Below the pieces are notes generated by a model. That model made no database searches. It was not told the origin of the DNA and saw nothing but the letters and a program-made list of their open reading frames with translations. Below, piece by piece: positions 1 through 9,901 of a stretch of DNA of 16,896 nucleotides. Every line of letters begins with the position of its first letter. Position 1 is the stretch's first letter. A program made the position numbers and the translations under genes. The stretch covers positions 1 through 16,896 of the forward strand of contig CAXXSM010000063.1 of assembly GCA_963663405.2 (NCBI GenBank), written 5' to 3'. Origin of the DNA: a bacterium (GTDB taxonomy: Bacteria; Hinthialibacterota; Hinthialibacteria; Hinthialibacterales; Hinthialibacteraceae).

Positions 1-2
1 AA

Positions 3-635
3 GAAATCGCCCGCAACGTCGATCTGACCAATCACCTGCCCGCGCTTGATCAATTGCAAACCGTTGCAGGCGCAGATATCTCCTTCGGACGCTTCAGCAA
101 AACAGGCTTCGGCGCGATCGTAGTCTTTTCCTACCCAGAGATGGAACTGCTGGAAGCCACAGCGGAAGTGGAAACCTTGGATTTCCCTTATATCCCCGGC
201 TACTTGGCTTTTCGCGAATGGCCGCTGGTCGAGAAATGCCTGAATCAGCTCTCCACCCTCCCCCAAGTCCTAATCTGCGACGGCCAGGGACTCGCCCACC
301 CCCGCAAAGCCGGCTTGGCCTGCCACATCGGTGTTGAAACAGGATTGATCACAGTCGGTTGCGCAAAAACACGCCTAGTCGGAGATTACAACGAACCAGG
401 CCCCCAAAAAGGAGCCAAAAGCGATCTAACACTCAACGGCGAGAAAATCGGCGAAGTCGTACGAACCAAAACCAACGTCAAACCAGTATACGTCAGCCCC
501 GGCCACAAAATCGATTTCCCCCACGCCACCGATCTCATCCTCGCCCTCACCACAAAATACCGCCTCCCCGAAACCACCCGCACAGCGCATCACCTCGTCA
601 ACGAACTCCGCAAAAAATCATTGGAACAAACTTGA
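3..635 (+). CDS. nfi: Endonuclease V (deoxyinosine 3'-endonuclease), 5'-partial
   Basis: Motifs VAGADISF, FPYIPGYLAFRE, CDGQGLAHPRKAGLACHIG, GCAKTRL, PVYVSPGH and YRLPETTR are characteristic of EndoV. The frame is open from position 3, so the true start lies upstream of the window. Confidence 0.97.
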   Translation, partial: EIARNVDLTNHLPALDQLQTVAGADISFGRFSKTGFGAIVVFSYPEMELLEATAEVETLDFPYIPGYLAFREWPLVEKCLNQLSTLPQVLICDGQGLAHPRKAGLACHIGVETGLITVGCAKTRLVGDYNEPGPQKGAKSDLTLNGEKIGEVVRTKTNVKPVYVSPGHKIDFPHATDLILALTTKYRLPETTRTAHHLVNELRKKSLEQT

Positions 636-650
636 TTCAACAACACTCGC

Positions 651-686
651 TCACTCATAACACTCCCAAGTCCCCACAGATGTAGG
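651..686 (-). pseudogene. Isolated 3'-end remnant (PTSVGTWECYE*) of the paralog family at 11190-13363
   Basis: 650-679 matches 11189-11218 at 29/30 nt. The reverse complement translates to the same C-terminus and TGA stop. Similarity ends where the REP-like element begins. Confidence 0.8.
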
Positions 687-713
687 GCTAAAAGCGAAGC
701 GTAGGGCGCCAAT
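678..713. repeat. REP-like intergenic element, copy 1 (lacks the central CCGGCG hairpin)
   Basis: AGATGTA-GGGCTAAA-AGCGAAGCGTAGGGCGCCAAT. 692-713 matches 11136-11157 at 21/22 nt. Confidence 0.75.
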
Positions 714-860
714 CTTGCCATTCGTGTATGATTTCAATTCACTATCTACTGAATGTTTACAGAAATGATCATGGATTGTTTAATATGTATTTTGTCAATT
801 TTATTAGATGTATATAAATGTTAGTAAAGGATTTATTTTCCAAAATATTCATTTTCTTGG

Positions 861-889
861 TTGAAATACATATCGTTCTATGTTATTTT
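861..889 (+). promoter_or_regulatory. Possible sigma70-type promoter for the + strand block
   Basis: TTGAAA, 17-nt spacer ending in TGn, then TATTTT, in an AT-rich intergenic region where chance matches are likely. RBS AAGGAG at 1017-1022 precedes ATG 1030. Confidence 0.3.
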
Positions 890-1029
890 TGAAGTAGGCG
901 TAATGGAAATGTATTATACTAACCGCTCGATCTTTCTATGAAAAACCTTCTTTGAACTTCCATCCAATGAACAGATCGAATTCAGTGTTAATCGTTTAAA
1001 TCATTGATGACAATAAAAGGAGTTTATTA

Positions 1030-4000
1030 ATGGCTATGCAAACATTGAATAAGTCTCTGATTTTATTGGTTTTTCTTTCGCTCTTTACGGCATCGGCTTA
1101 CGCTCAAACCTTTGATAGTGGACCGATCAGCGTTCATGAGATCGATGAGCAGGATATGAAGGAGGTAAATGGTTCTAAGTTGATTTATGGAGCTGTGGAA
1201 GTAATTGAAGAACGGACGCGGAACTTTAAAAAATACTATATGGACGATAACAGTTATCGTGTGATTGGCTCCGTGGCGCCTATTCATTTCGTTACGACCC
1301 ATTTGATTTAACGGAAAGTTATAAAGACATTGATGTTTGGTTGAATCAAACGCCAGAGAAGAATTGGGATTGGGAAATGATGAATGCTGGGTATCAGATT
1401 CGCATCTGGCAGAAATGGGAAGGATTGAACTACGCCGCTCAATTCCAGCGCGCAGAGAAATGGATCTCAATGGCGCCTTTTGAATTGTATTATGAGAACG
1501 AAGCGGGGGAGAGCCAGGCCATTGGCCGTCCAGCCGACGCGTCTCCTGAATTAAACCTCACCAAAACCGAAATCACATGGCCGAATGCGTTTGGAAAAGG
1601 AATCCATTTCCGATACGTGCTTGGAGCGGATCGATTCTATAAAGTCGTTATCGTTGATTCTCCATCGGCATTACCGGTTCCAACGATCGATAGCGATGGA
1701 ATAAAACTGACTGTGGCGATGAAATTGGCGTGGACGGCGGATCTCCAGAATTCGGCTGGTTTGGAGAAATACGTTCCACATGATACGTTTTCGGCGAACA
1801 AAGGCGCATTTGTCCTGCAAGAGCGCGTCAATCCAGGGAAAATTAATTTCAAAGATTCTTTGCAACGAGACATGTTCTGGATGCAAAAACCAAGGGCCTG
1901 GGATAGTTCGGAACCAGATAATATCACAATCGAAGTCGAAGACCGTTTACTGATTACTGAAGAAGGGATCATTGCATTATACGGTGTGAATGTTTTCGAG
2001 ATAAATGACGCAATTTATCCATTATATGTAGACGCAACAATACAAATCTCAGAGGATACGAATGATTGTATAAACCAATCGGCGGAATTCCGCTTACACA
2101 CTAAATTGAGTTGTGGAGATTATGGTGGAACTGAGTATGATTTTGAAACAGGTGTACGATTTGCATCTGTACCGATTGGTCGAGAGGCAACGATTATTAG
2201 CGCCTACCTTAATTTTTACGGACAAAACCAGATTGGTTCCATTCCTGATACTAAAATCTATGGTCAGGATTCCGACGATACGGTTACGTTCAGTACGCAA
2301 TCTGATTTCACGAACCGCCCCCGGACAACTGCGTATGAAGATTGGACGCCTTCAAGTTGGAGTCTAGGTGGTTGGCCCTTGTTTGGTTGGAATACAAGTC
2401 CCAATATTAAGGATGTCATTCAGGAAATTGTAGATCGAGGAAGTTGGCAGGGCGGTAATGCTCTGGTTCTATTCTGGAAGGACGCCCAACCCGGTAATCA
2501 AGGATATAGCCGTATATTCGCATTCCCGTACGAAGATGATGCATCCAAAGCCCCAAAAATAGAGATTAGTTCCTCAGGTGGATCACCTTATACTGCCACA
2601 CCGACTCCAACACCGACTATCACTCCGACTTTCACCCCAACTCAAACGATGACCCCCATTTACCCACTGAATATCGTTCATCCCTTTTCGCGGAAGAAAG
2701 ACGGGGATCAGTCGGAAAAATGGTTTCCGATTGGATGGCATGTTTTCGTGATGGATATGTGGGGAGTCAATCCGACTCCCCTCATGACCGTGACTCCCGA
2801 TCCAGATGACGCACATATCAATAATAATTCTCTTTTGGGTTATCCAACGCTACCACCAGGGATAAGCGACTGGGAGAATGGGCATGTTGATTATCTTCGT
2901 CAGCAAGAGTGCTGGTGGATTAATTCTATTTATGGAGGACCGATTAATAATAGAGAATTATGGGGATTAAATCTAGGGCGTGGATCGACATATTGGACGA
3001 CAACAGAACAGTATGTTCGATTGCTGGATGGATTGGAGAAAATTTATAATGACACGGGTGGACTGTATGATTTTAAGGCTTTTCCCTTGCTTGTTTCTAG
3101 TTTGGGACCTTCTAGAACTCCCCCCCCCAGCCGGAACCCCGTGGATGCTCTATGAGTTCCATTCATCCGGAACTCTTGATGGCATTACACCGACACCGTC
3201 GCTCATTCCGACGATCGATTATGGTATCCTTGTTAAACGGGTACAAACCCTCGCGCCTCGTCAGCAATTAGGGGGATGGAATCTCGCAGATGAACCTTAT
3301 GGAGGAACAGGCGCTCAACAAGTAGATATAACCCCTACACCACCGATGACAATAACCGCAGGACGCGGAGTGAGGGAAGTTATACATGTACAGTTGAAAG
3401 ATATTAAAGATACCATAGAGGCACATGATCCATATAGAGAAGATCATCCCATTTATTGTGTTATTCGAGGCGCTGGTAATTATCATTTTGCAAATCCTGA
3501 TTTTAATCCACTTACTCCAACTCCAGATCCAGTTTATGATATGTGGGTTTTAGATGAGCTGAGTGATGTGGCGGATTACATAATCGATGATTTATATTTA
3601 ATGGATTATAATTATGATTATGAAGATTTACCGGATTGGTTAGGCAGATGCGTGTTGAGAACGAAAAGCGCGATAAACTTTCTTGTAAATCCCGATCCAG
3701 CTTTAGTACCTACTAAATACCATCATAATATTCACGCTTGGTTATTGACATCACAAGGTCAGAGATTTGGTGATTACAATTATTCGACTGGTGTATATAC
3801 TCCTCTAAACAATGAACATCCTGGTACAAGCGCCGATCATGGATATTTGACTGAAGAGCAATTACGGTACGTTAATTACGCGCCCTGGATCAATGGTGCG
3901 CAGGGCGCTGGATTTTTATTCCTTTCAAAATCGGATGATATCGCTTTTACCCGTGCATATAATATTTCTGAGGAAGCATATTATGTCTCAAAGTATCTAA

Positions 4001-4317
4001 TGGAATCGGATGCTGGAATTGAAGCGGAACTGAGAACATCGAACGGCGCATACGCGCAATTCATCTTACGCTCTGATCCTTTATTCACTCCAACTCCAGG
4101 AAATCAAAACTCTGATAAACTGATGTTGATGGTTTGTAATAATTCAGGATTTGACACAGATGTCGAAATCAAATTTCCTGATACCACTACATTTGGAGGT
4201 GTAGCTCCTCTTCCTACAGAGCTACCATGGAATTATAGCACAACAGGTCACAAGATAGAATTGGAAATGAATGCTTGGACAGCAAGAGCGTTTACTGTCT
4301 TTTTAGAATATAGATAA
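1030..4317 (+). CDS. Large secreted modular protein (about 1095 aa, two frameshifts): signal peptide, WapA/RHS-type N-terminal region, DNRLRE-like beta-sandwich, Pro/Thr linker, glycoside-hydrolase clan-A-like TIM barrel plus beta-sandwich
   Basis: Joins ORFs 1030-1311, 1341-3155 and 2980-4317. One extra T at 1287-1289 gives APIHFRYDPFDLTESYKDIDVWL. One fewer C at 3084-3086 or 3120-3128 joins the last part. Signal peptide ends ASAYA. ERTRNFKKYY..SY...PIHF..YKDID resembles WapA-like N-termini. GVRFASVPIG..TIISAYLNF..SPNIKDVIQEIVDRGSW is the beta-sandwich. WFPIGW, GWNLADEP and LRYVNYAPWINGAQG resemble clan-A-like barrels. Confidence 0.7.
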
Positions 4318-4329
4318 ATAGAGGTAAGA

Positions 4330-5522
4330 ATGTATATGGAAAATAACATTAGTAGAAAGGATGCCGCTCAAATGAAGAGAAGGTTTATTAGTAACTGTAT
4401 GATTTATCTTCTTGTTCTACCGGGATTGATTAGGCAAGCGCTGGCGGATCGATCCGATGATTTTTTTGATCATCTAAATGAACTTCTTGTGTATGAAATT
4501 TCTCCTGAAGAAGGAACAATCAGTGAATTTATATCCACTGGTATCACGGATATCCCACTTTCGGCCCTGAGTGATGATTGGTCAGCGAATTACGATGGAA
4601 GTGCGATATATATTGATAGAAAGTTTATCGTTTTAGATACAAACAATCAGTATAAGATTGAAAGAGAAATTCATTTAGAAGGAATAACTCGTCATCCCTG
4701 TTTAGATTCTGAAGGAAAAATAATTACGTATCTCAAACGAGAACCAGGAGATAATAATCCATCAATACGATTTTTGGATACTTCCACAGGTCAGTTAATC
4801 ACTCAATATACAGTATTAAAACAGCATAGAGAAATTTTGTTTTCTTACGACATTTCAGCGGATGCTAACACTATAGCGTATTTCTTTATACCCTATAGCG
4901 GCACAGGTTTGGGGGATTTATATGTTGTCGATAGAAAGGAAACATATTTTACTGATCCTATTTTAATTCAAGATAGAACTTTTGTAGAATCACCACCTCG
5001 TGTATCATCTGGTGGGAATAGAATATTTTTATTTAGATCAGTATGTGGAACGGACTAAGGATGGATGGACTTCTCCGTGTAAAATCGTTGTGGAAAATGC
5101 CACCAACACTGTATTCCATGGCCTTGCTAGAGATGGAACTCTGGCTCTTGTCAGTAGCAGTTTGTACGATGAAGTCGGCCTCACAGAAAAAACGGAAAAC
5201 GGCTGGTCCTCTCCTCAATATTTTACTCCTAAAATTCCCGTACCAAATAGCCCCTTAATTTCGGAAGATGGGAACGTAGTCGTTTACAGCGGTTCTAATG
5301 ATAGAAAGGAACCCACAATCTATTTTTATTTTAGAGAGGGGGACTCAACCAAATTGGAACCTTGAGCAGATCATCGTTGATCAACAAAAAACTAAGGAAG
5401 ATAATCCAGAGTATAGTCTTGGTGTGGTTTACATTTTAAGTCCGAATGGGCGAAGGCTTATTATGCTACCAATTAGAGGTTGGATTGCGCCTGTATCAGA
5501 TTATCCGCTACACAATCAATGA
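4330..5522 (+). CDS. Exported TolB/WD40-like beta-propeller protein, paralog A (two frameshifts)
   Basis: Joins ORFs 4330-5058, 5000-5365 and 5298-5522 by removing one T (5026-5030) and one G (5338-5342). Signal-like segment ends RQALA. Repeated ISADAN/VSSGGN/LARDGT/ISEDGN/LSPNGR blade motifs, colinear with 9902-11074. Confidence 0.7.
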
Positions 5523-5566
5523 TTCCAGGTGAATAAATAAACAATAATTTAAAAAAGGATAAAAAA

Positions 5567-6751
5567 ATGAATGGGAGATCTTTGTCAGTAATTCTTCTTC
5601 TTTTTATGTGTGTGTTTTGCTTTTGGAACAACGGGACCTATAGTTGGGCAGGAACAGCCACTTCAATCCTCATTAGATACATTAATATCTTTCCCTTTAC
5701 AGCCCGATCAGGATAAGTGGGGTGACCGAGAAAGAACAAACGGACTTACAACTAAGGCTCTCCGTATACCGGGGATACGCGCACACCAATCATGATGGAA
5801 GCGTCCTGGCGGCCGATGGAAAAGTTATCATTCGAGAAGGTTCCAACACTATACAGTGAAAACCTTTCCGGAGCATAATTTATTCGGTGTCAAGCAGCGC
5901 CTTGACGCATCAGCAGGAAAACAGTTAGCGTATCTCAATCAAAACCGGGAACGGGCGTCCATTCGCTTCTTGGACACACTCACCGGTCAATTCCTCACCG
6001 AGTTCACAGTTTCCAAAGCCTCGCGCACAGACGCAATGATCCACATGGATCTTTCATCGAGCGGCAATACCTTGGCCTATACTCTCCTCTTTGGTGGTGG
6101 TGGAAGGAAAAAATTTGCGTTGTGGACAAGAACGAGAATCAATTTACTAAGCCTGTCGAAATTGATGTAGTGGAATTGGTGACTCATATATTCCTTTCTT
6201 CCCAGGGAGATCTACTGTTCTACAATGCGAGCGTTCTCAAACAATTTACAATCGAAGGACGCCCATCAACTCGAAATATCTATCAGAGTTTCTGGTCCGA
6301 ACGGAATGGAGAGGAATGGCTTCAACCCCAACCACTGGAATTTCCCAATGCGCCTTATACCTGCGTTTATGATATTGCCCAGAATGGCTCGATCGCATTG
6401 ATCAAAGCAGCCACGTCGGGATTGGCGATCATCCAAAAAACACCACAAGGCTGGTCAGATCCTGAACTCATCGGTTATATTCCCACTTCTTACGATCAAG
6501 CCCAAATGACAGAAGACGGAAAAATAATTGCGGTGACCGCGTACCAACAGCCAGACGGTGCTCAGCAAACGGATGCGCGTGGATTTGATTTAAACCTTTA
6601 TGGACGTGATTCAGAAGGAAAATGGAACAAACAAAAGGTCAATGAAGATAATACTACCCCGCTAAGCAGTGAATTTCTTCTATGTAAAAATGGAGAAAAA
6701 CTATTTTGGGTTCCACAGGATATTTCAGCAAAGGATTCTAATGGAGGGTGA
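5567..6751 (+). pseudogene. Beta-propeller paralog B, broken by about 4 frameshifts (pseudogene or sequencing errors)
   Basis: ATG 5567 after AAGGA gives signal-like MNGRSLSVILLLFMCVF. Pieces in different frames align with paralogs A and C: HTNHDGSVLAADGKVII, SIRFLDTLTGQF (A: SIRFLDTSTGQL), DIAQNGS, GWSDPELIG, MTEDGKIIAV, GKWNKQKVN, NGEKLFWVP. Shifts lie near 5615, 5739, 5850 and 6110. Confidence 0.7.
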
Positions 6752-6769
6752 GGCGCCCCTTAGGAGGGA

Positions 6770-8377
6770 TTGCGCATATACCAAGCCAATCAATTGATTC
6801 GGTGCTCTAATACACTTTACCTGCGTTCGCATGATAATGGAATAACGCTGGGGGCTTTGGATGACGGGGATCGGCCTAATCAAAATTATACGATCTTCAA
6901 TGGATATGTAGAAGAGTTTAGGGTTATTAAAAGCACAGCGGAGTGGACAAATGATTTCTCCGTGCCAACGGCGCCATACGTTGGAGATTCTTCGACACCA
7001 ATTCCGACTTCCACTCCAGGCGGCCCTACATCAACTCCCACTGCCACGCCGACAGCAACGTCCTCATCCGGAGGTGAAACGAACAATCAGGACACGTATA
7101 TCGATTATAATTCGCAGAGCGCAACACACGGTGAAGATTCTACTCTAAACGTCCAAGCGTACGGCCCTGCAAGTGAGAGCCATCACGTTCGAGCCTTTCT
7201 TCAATTTAATTTAAACCATTATGGATCGACGGCTTCGACTGCGATTTTGAAAATCCACATCTCCAACCTTGTCAGCGGCGGAGGCATCAAAGTTTTTGAA
7301 GTGCTAGAGGATTGGACCGATGAGGGTGCGTCATGGGACGACCGCATGACAGGCGTTCCCTGGGGAACTGAAGGTGGAACTCTTGCTAGTGAGTATATAG
7401 GGAGCAAGGTCCATACGAGCTCAGCTGAAAATGGATGGATGTCGTTTAACATCACTCCGCTTTTCAACGACTGGATCAATGGAATTGAAGACAACCACGG
7501 GATAGCGCTTGTCCCAGGCGCGATGAACTTGAATGTGACCTTTGATTCCATGGATTCCTCAACTCAACCCTACATTGAAATAGACGGCCAACCGCCGACA
7601 GCCACACCGACTCCACCAGCAATGGAATTCTACTTGTTAGATGAAGTTGGAATACCTTTTGGATTTGAAGGAGATCCTCTACCAGAATATGTTCCAACAC
7701 AGACTACTTTATCTATGAAAGATTTGATGTATCTAGGACCTTGTACGGTACCAGTTTATGATTATGGCTGTGTGTATGGACCAAATTATGTATATACCGG
7801 AAAATATGATTTTAATGGTGAGGGGTGGTATTGGATTCCTATACATACTTGGGGTGTTTCTTATGATACTTTATGGAAATTAAATACCCCTGAATTAAGA
7901 AATCAGATGATTCAGAATCCACATGATTTTCAGGAACAGCGCTACACGGCTTATAGAACCAGAGCCTGGGATGATGAAGGAAATTATATTTTTGGAATTG
8001 ATGAATTAGAAGCGGTTAAAGATGGACCTGATTTTTTCGCAGATGTATGGAATCCTCCAACTGGCGCATGGGCAAGGAAATCAGAAGATGGCTCGGTCTT
8101 TCATTTATGGGATCATCCTGGTCTTACAGACAAATTGGTGCTCGATTCCCTTTTTCCTGTAGATTCAGCACTGCATTATAATAATTATGTGGTCCATTTC
8201 TCAAGAAAGGTTAATAACGACTATGAATATCAGGGAGTTTTGAATTATCATACGAGAGTTCTTCTTCGATATGATTCTGAATGTACTTGGAATTTAAATG
8301 GGAACGCTGAATCAGGTTTAGGACATATTCTATTACCAGATTGGCAAGGTCCACCTAATGGTATCGAATTCCCTTAA
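6770..8377 (+). CDS. N-terminally truncated orphan module: last strands of a LamG-like domain, Pro/Thr linker, DNRLRE domain, Pro/Thr linker, unknown C-terminal domain of about 250 aa
   Basis: No signal peptide and a weak TTG start. FNGYVEEFRVIKSTAEWTNDFSVPTAPY is a LamG C-terminal end. QDTYID..RAFLQFNL..EDW..ASW..VPWGTEGG..FNITPLFNDWING..NHGIAL is DNRLRE-like. The sequence becomes visibly more AT-rich after about 7620. Confidence 0.7.
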   Translation: MRIYQANQLIRCSNTLYLRSHDNGITLGALDDGDRPNQNYTIFNGYVEEFRVIKSTAEWTNDFSVPTAPYVGDSSTPIPTSTPGGPTSTPTATPTATSSSGGETNNQDTYIDYNSQSATHGEDSTLNVQAYGPASESHHVRAFLQFNLNHYGSTASTAILKIHISNLVSGGGIKVFEVLEDWTDEGASWDDRMTGVPWGTEGGTLASEYIGSKVHTSSAENGWMSFNITPLFNDWINGIEDNHGIALVPGAMNLNVTFDSMDSSTQPYIEIDGQPPTATPTPPAMEFYLLDEVGIPFGFEGDPLPEYVPTQTTLSMKDLMYLGPCTVPVYDYGCVYGPNYVYTGKYDFNGEGWYWIPIHTWGVSYDTLWKLNTPELRNQMIQNPHDFQEQRYTAYRTRAWDDEGNYIFGIDELEAVKDGPDFFADVWNPPTGAWARKSEDGSVFHLWDHPGLTDKLVLDSLFPVDSALHYNNYVVHFSRKVNNDYEYQGVLNYHTRVLLRYDSECTWNLNGNAESGLGHILLPDWQGPPNGIEFP

Positions 8378-8401
8378 TAATAAGAAATAAGGAGAAAAAT
8401 T

Positions 8402-9259
8402 ATGACAAACAAATCTATGGCAATGATTCGACTTTTATTCATTTTTGCATTTTGTTGTGTGCAAATATCGCTACTACAATGCAAACAACAGACGAAAATA
8501 GTAGTCCCATTTAATCCCAGTAATAACGTCGTAAACAAAAACGTTATAGATTCAATAGCCAAAATAAACCAATATTCGATTGGGTATCCTTTTAATGAAC
8601 CATTGCTATATACTAATTCTTATGACATTCGTGCAATAGCGAATGAAATTGTCGAATTGCGTGAGAATTTTGATATAAACAGCGATGAATTAAAAGAACT
8701 TGCACATACAGTACAGTTACAATTTAGGAATAAAATAAAAAAGAGCGTGTATGCAATCGTGAATTATCATGCTTTAAAAGATGAAATAAAAGATCCAGAC
8801 TTAGATATTCTATTTTCATCTTTTTGGATTTCAAATCAACAAAAATATATCGGTGATATTGGTGTGTTATTAGAATATTCAAAAGTATTTATTGGGAAGA
8901 GTAGAGATGCAGGTTTAGAATTTATTTCGAATCCTAATCAATATTCGTCTATGAGGAGTGAAGAAGAAACCACAAAGCATTGGCCTGCGGCAGATGTCAT
9001 TCTTTCCAATCCCGATCAATCCGTTGGATTATTAGTTGAGGCGATACAAAATAGAAAACTTGAGACTCACCTACGATTACGAGCGGTGGCATTTCTTAAT
9101 CAGCTGGAACCAGAATTATTGATTGATATCGCTAACGAAGTTGAAAATGAGATCGCTCAAGAAATCATTTGTATTCAAAAAAATAATATCAGTTGGAAAT
9201 ATATAACCAAAAGTGTGTGCAAAATGATCGAAAGGAGAAAATTAAAAGGGAAGAAGTAA
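8402..9259 (+). CDS. Hypothetical exported or lipoprotein, probably helical; candidate cognate partner of the upstream C-terminal domain
   Basis: RBS AAGGAG, 24 nt downstream of the previous stop. Hydrophobic N-terminus with a possible lipobox LLQC. AT-rich. HEAT-like segment LLVEAIQN..LRLRAVAFL. Confidence 0.7.
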   Translation: MTNKSMAMIRLLFIFAFCCVQISLLQCKQQTKIVVPFNPSNNVVNKNVIDSIAKINQYSIGYPFNEPLLYTNSYDIRAIANEIVELRENFDINSDELKELAHTVQLQFRNKIKKSVYAIVNYHALKDEIKDPDLDILFSSFWISNQQKYIGDIGVLLEYSKVFIGKSRDAGLEFISNPNQYSSMRSEEETTKHWPAADVILSNPDQSVGLLVEAIQNRKLETHLRLRAVAFLNQLEPELLIDIANEVENEIAQEIICIQKNNISWKYITKSVCKMIERRKLKGKK

Positions 9260-9362
9260 TTAAAAGGCTCACTCAATAGTGAGCATAGGCACTAACGAGA
9301 TTCATGTAATTATTCACACTATGCCCTCACCGCAACACCACTTTTTTGATCATCTCAGCTTA

Positions 9363-9876
9363 AATCTTCGGTATTATATTCATATATAGTGGACAAGGGA
9401 TGATCATTTGGTCGTTAAGCCACATCGATACTAAATCGTGGTTTCCTCTTTGTCATCAAGCGGCTAGGGAGGCATACGCTATGAAGGATTATTTGATGAA
9501 CGAACCAGCTTTAGATATACCCGCTTATCTGACGGTTGATTCGGGGAGTGGCGATCCATATTATGCGCGTTTCATTCTGCGCAGAAACCAATATGATCCA
9601 ACCGGCAATGAATTTCTGCTCCTTTTTTGTTACTTTGGCGATCAAGGTCAAGATGAAAGCCATACAGTTGAAATCCACTTTCCTAATCATACGATCGATA
9701 GTGTCAATGATATAGAGCAAATCACAACTTATTTCACTTGGGATTTTGCTTTACAGGATGACGGTCACACGTTCTTTTACGATCCTGATGATGATGACGA
9801 ATTTGATCTACCACCGGGTATACCGGAGCAAAAAAAAGATGTTTATGCCAGAGCCTTTTTTATAACCTTAAACTAA
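9363..9876 (+). pseudogene. Orphan C-terminal fragment homologous to the GH-like C-terminus of 1030-4317
   Basis: REAYAMKDYLM..YARFILR..FLLLFC..VEIHFP..YARAFFITLN aligns with EEAYYVSKYLM..YAQFILR..LMLMVC..VEIKFP..TARAFTVFLEYR. An out-of-frame NLRYY (9363) and an in-frame GQG just before ATG 9400 match QLRYV..GAQG. No signal peptide and no DEP motif. Confidence 0.8.
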
Positions 9877-9901
9877 ACTATACAGAAAGGAATTATAAAG
9901 A

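Noticed and set aside
359-685. 108-aa Arg/Pro-rich ORF
   Set aside because: Alternate frame overlapping nfi.
1030-4317. Calling the large gene wapA/rhs
   Set aside because: Only the N-terminal region resembles WapA-like proteins. There are no YD repeats and no RHS core (DPxG) motif.
6750-6766. GGCGCC at the junction before the orphan LamG fragment as a fourth element copy
   Set aside because: Only 6 nt are shared, and the other conserved parts of the element are absent.
9267-9284. Small hairpin GCTCACT-caat-AGTGAGC, with a 9-nt match to 649-657
   Set aside because: The 7-bp stem has no U tail and a 9-nt match is expected by chance. It may be a weak terminator but cannot be supported.
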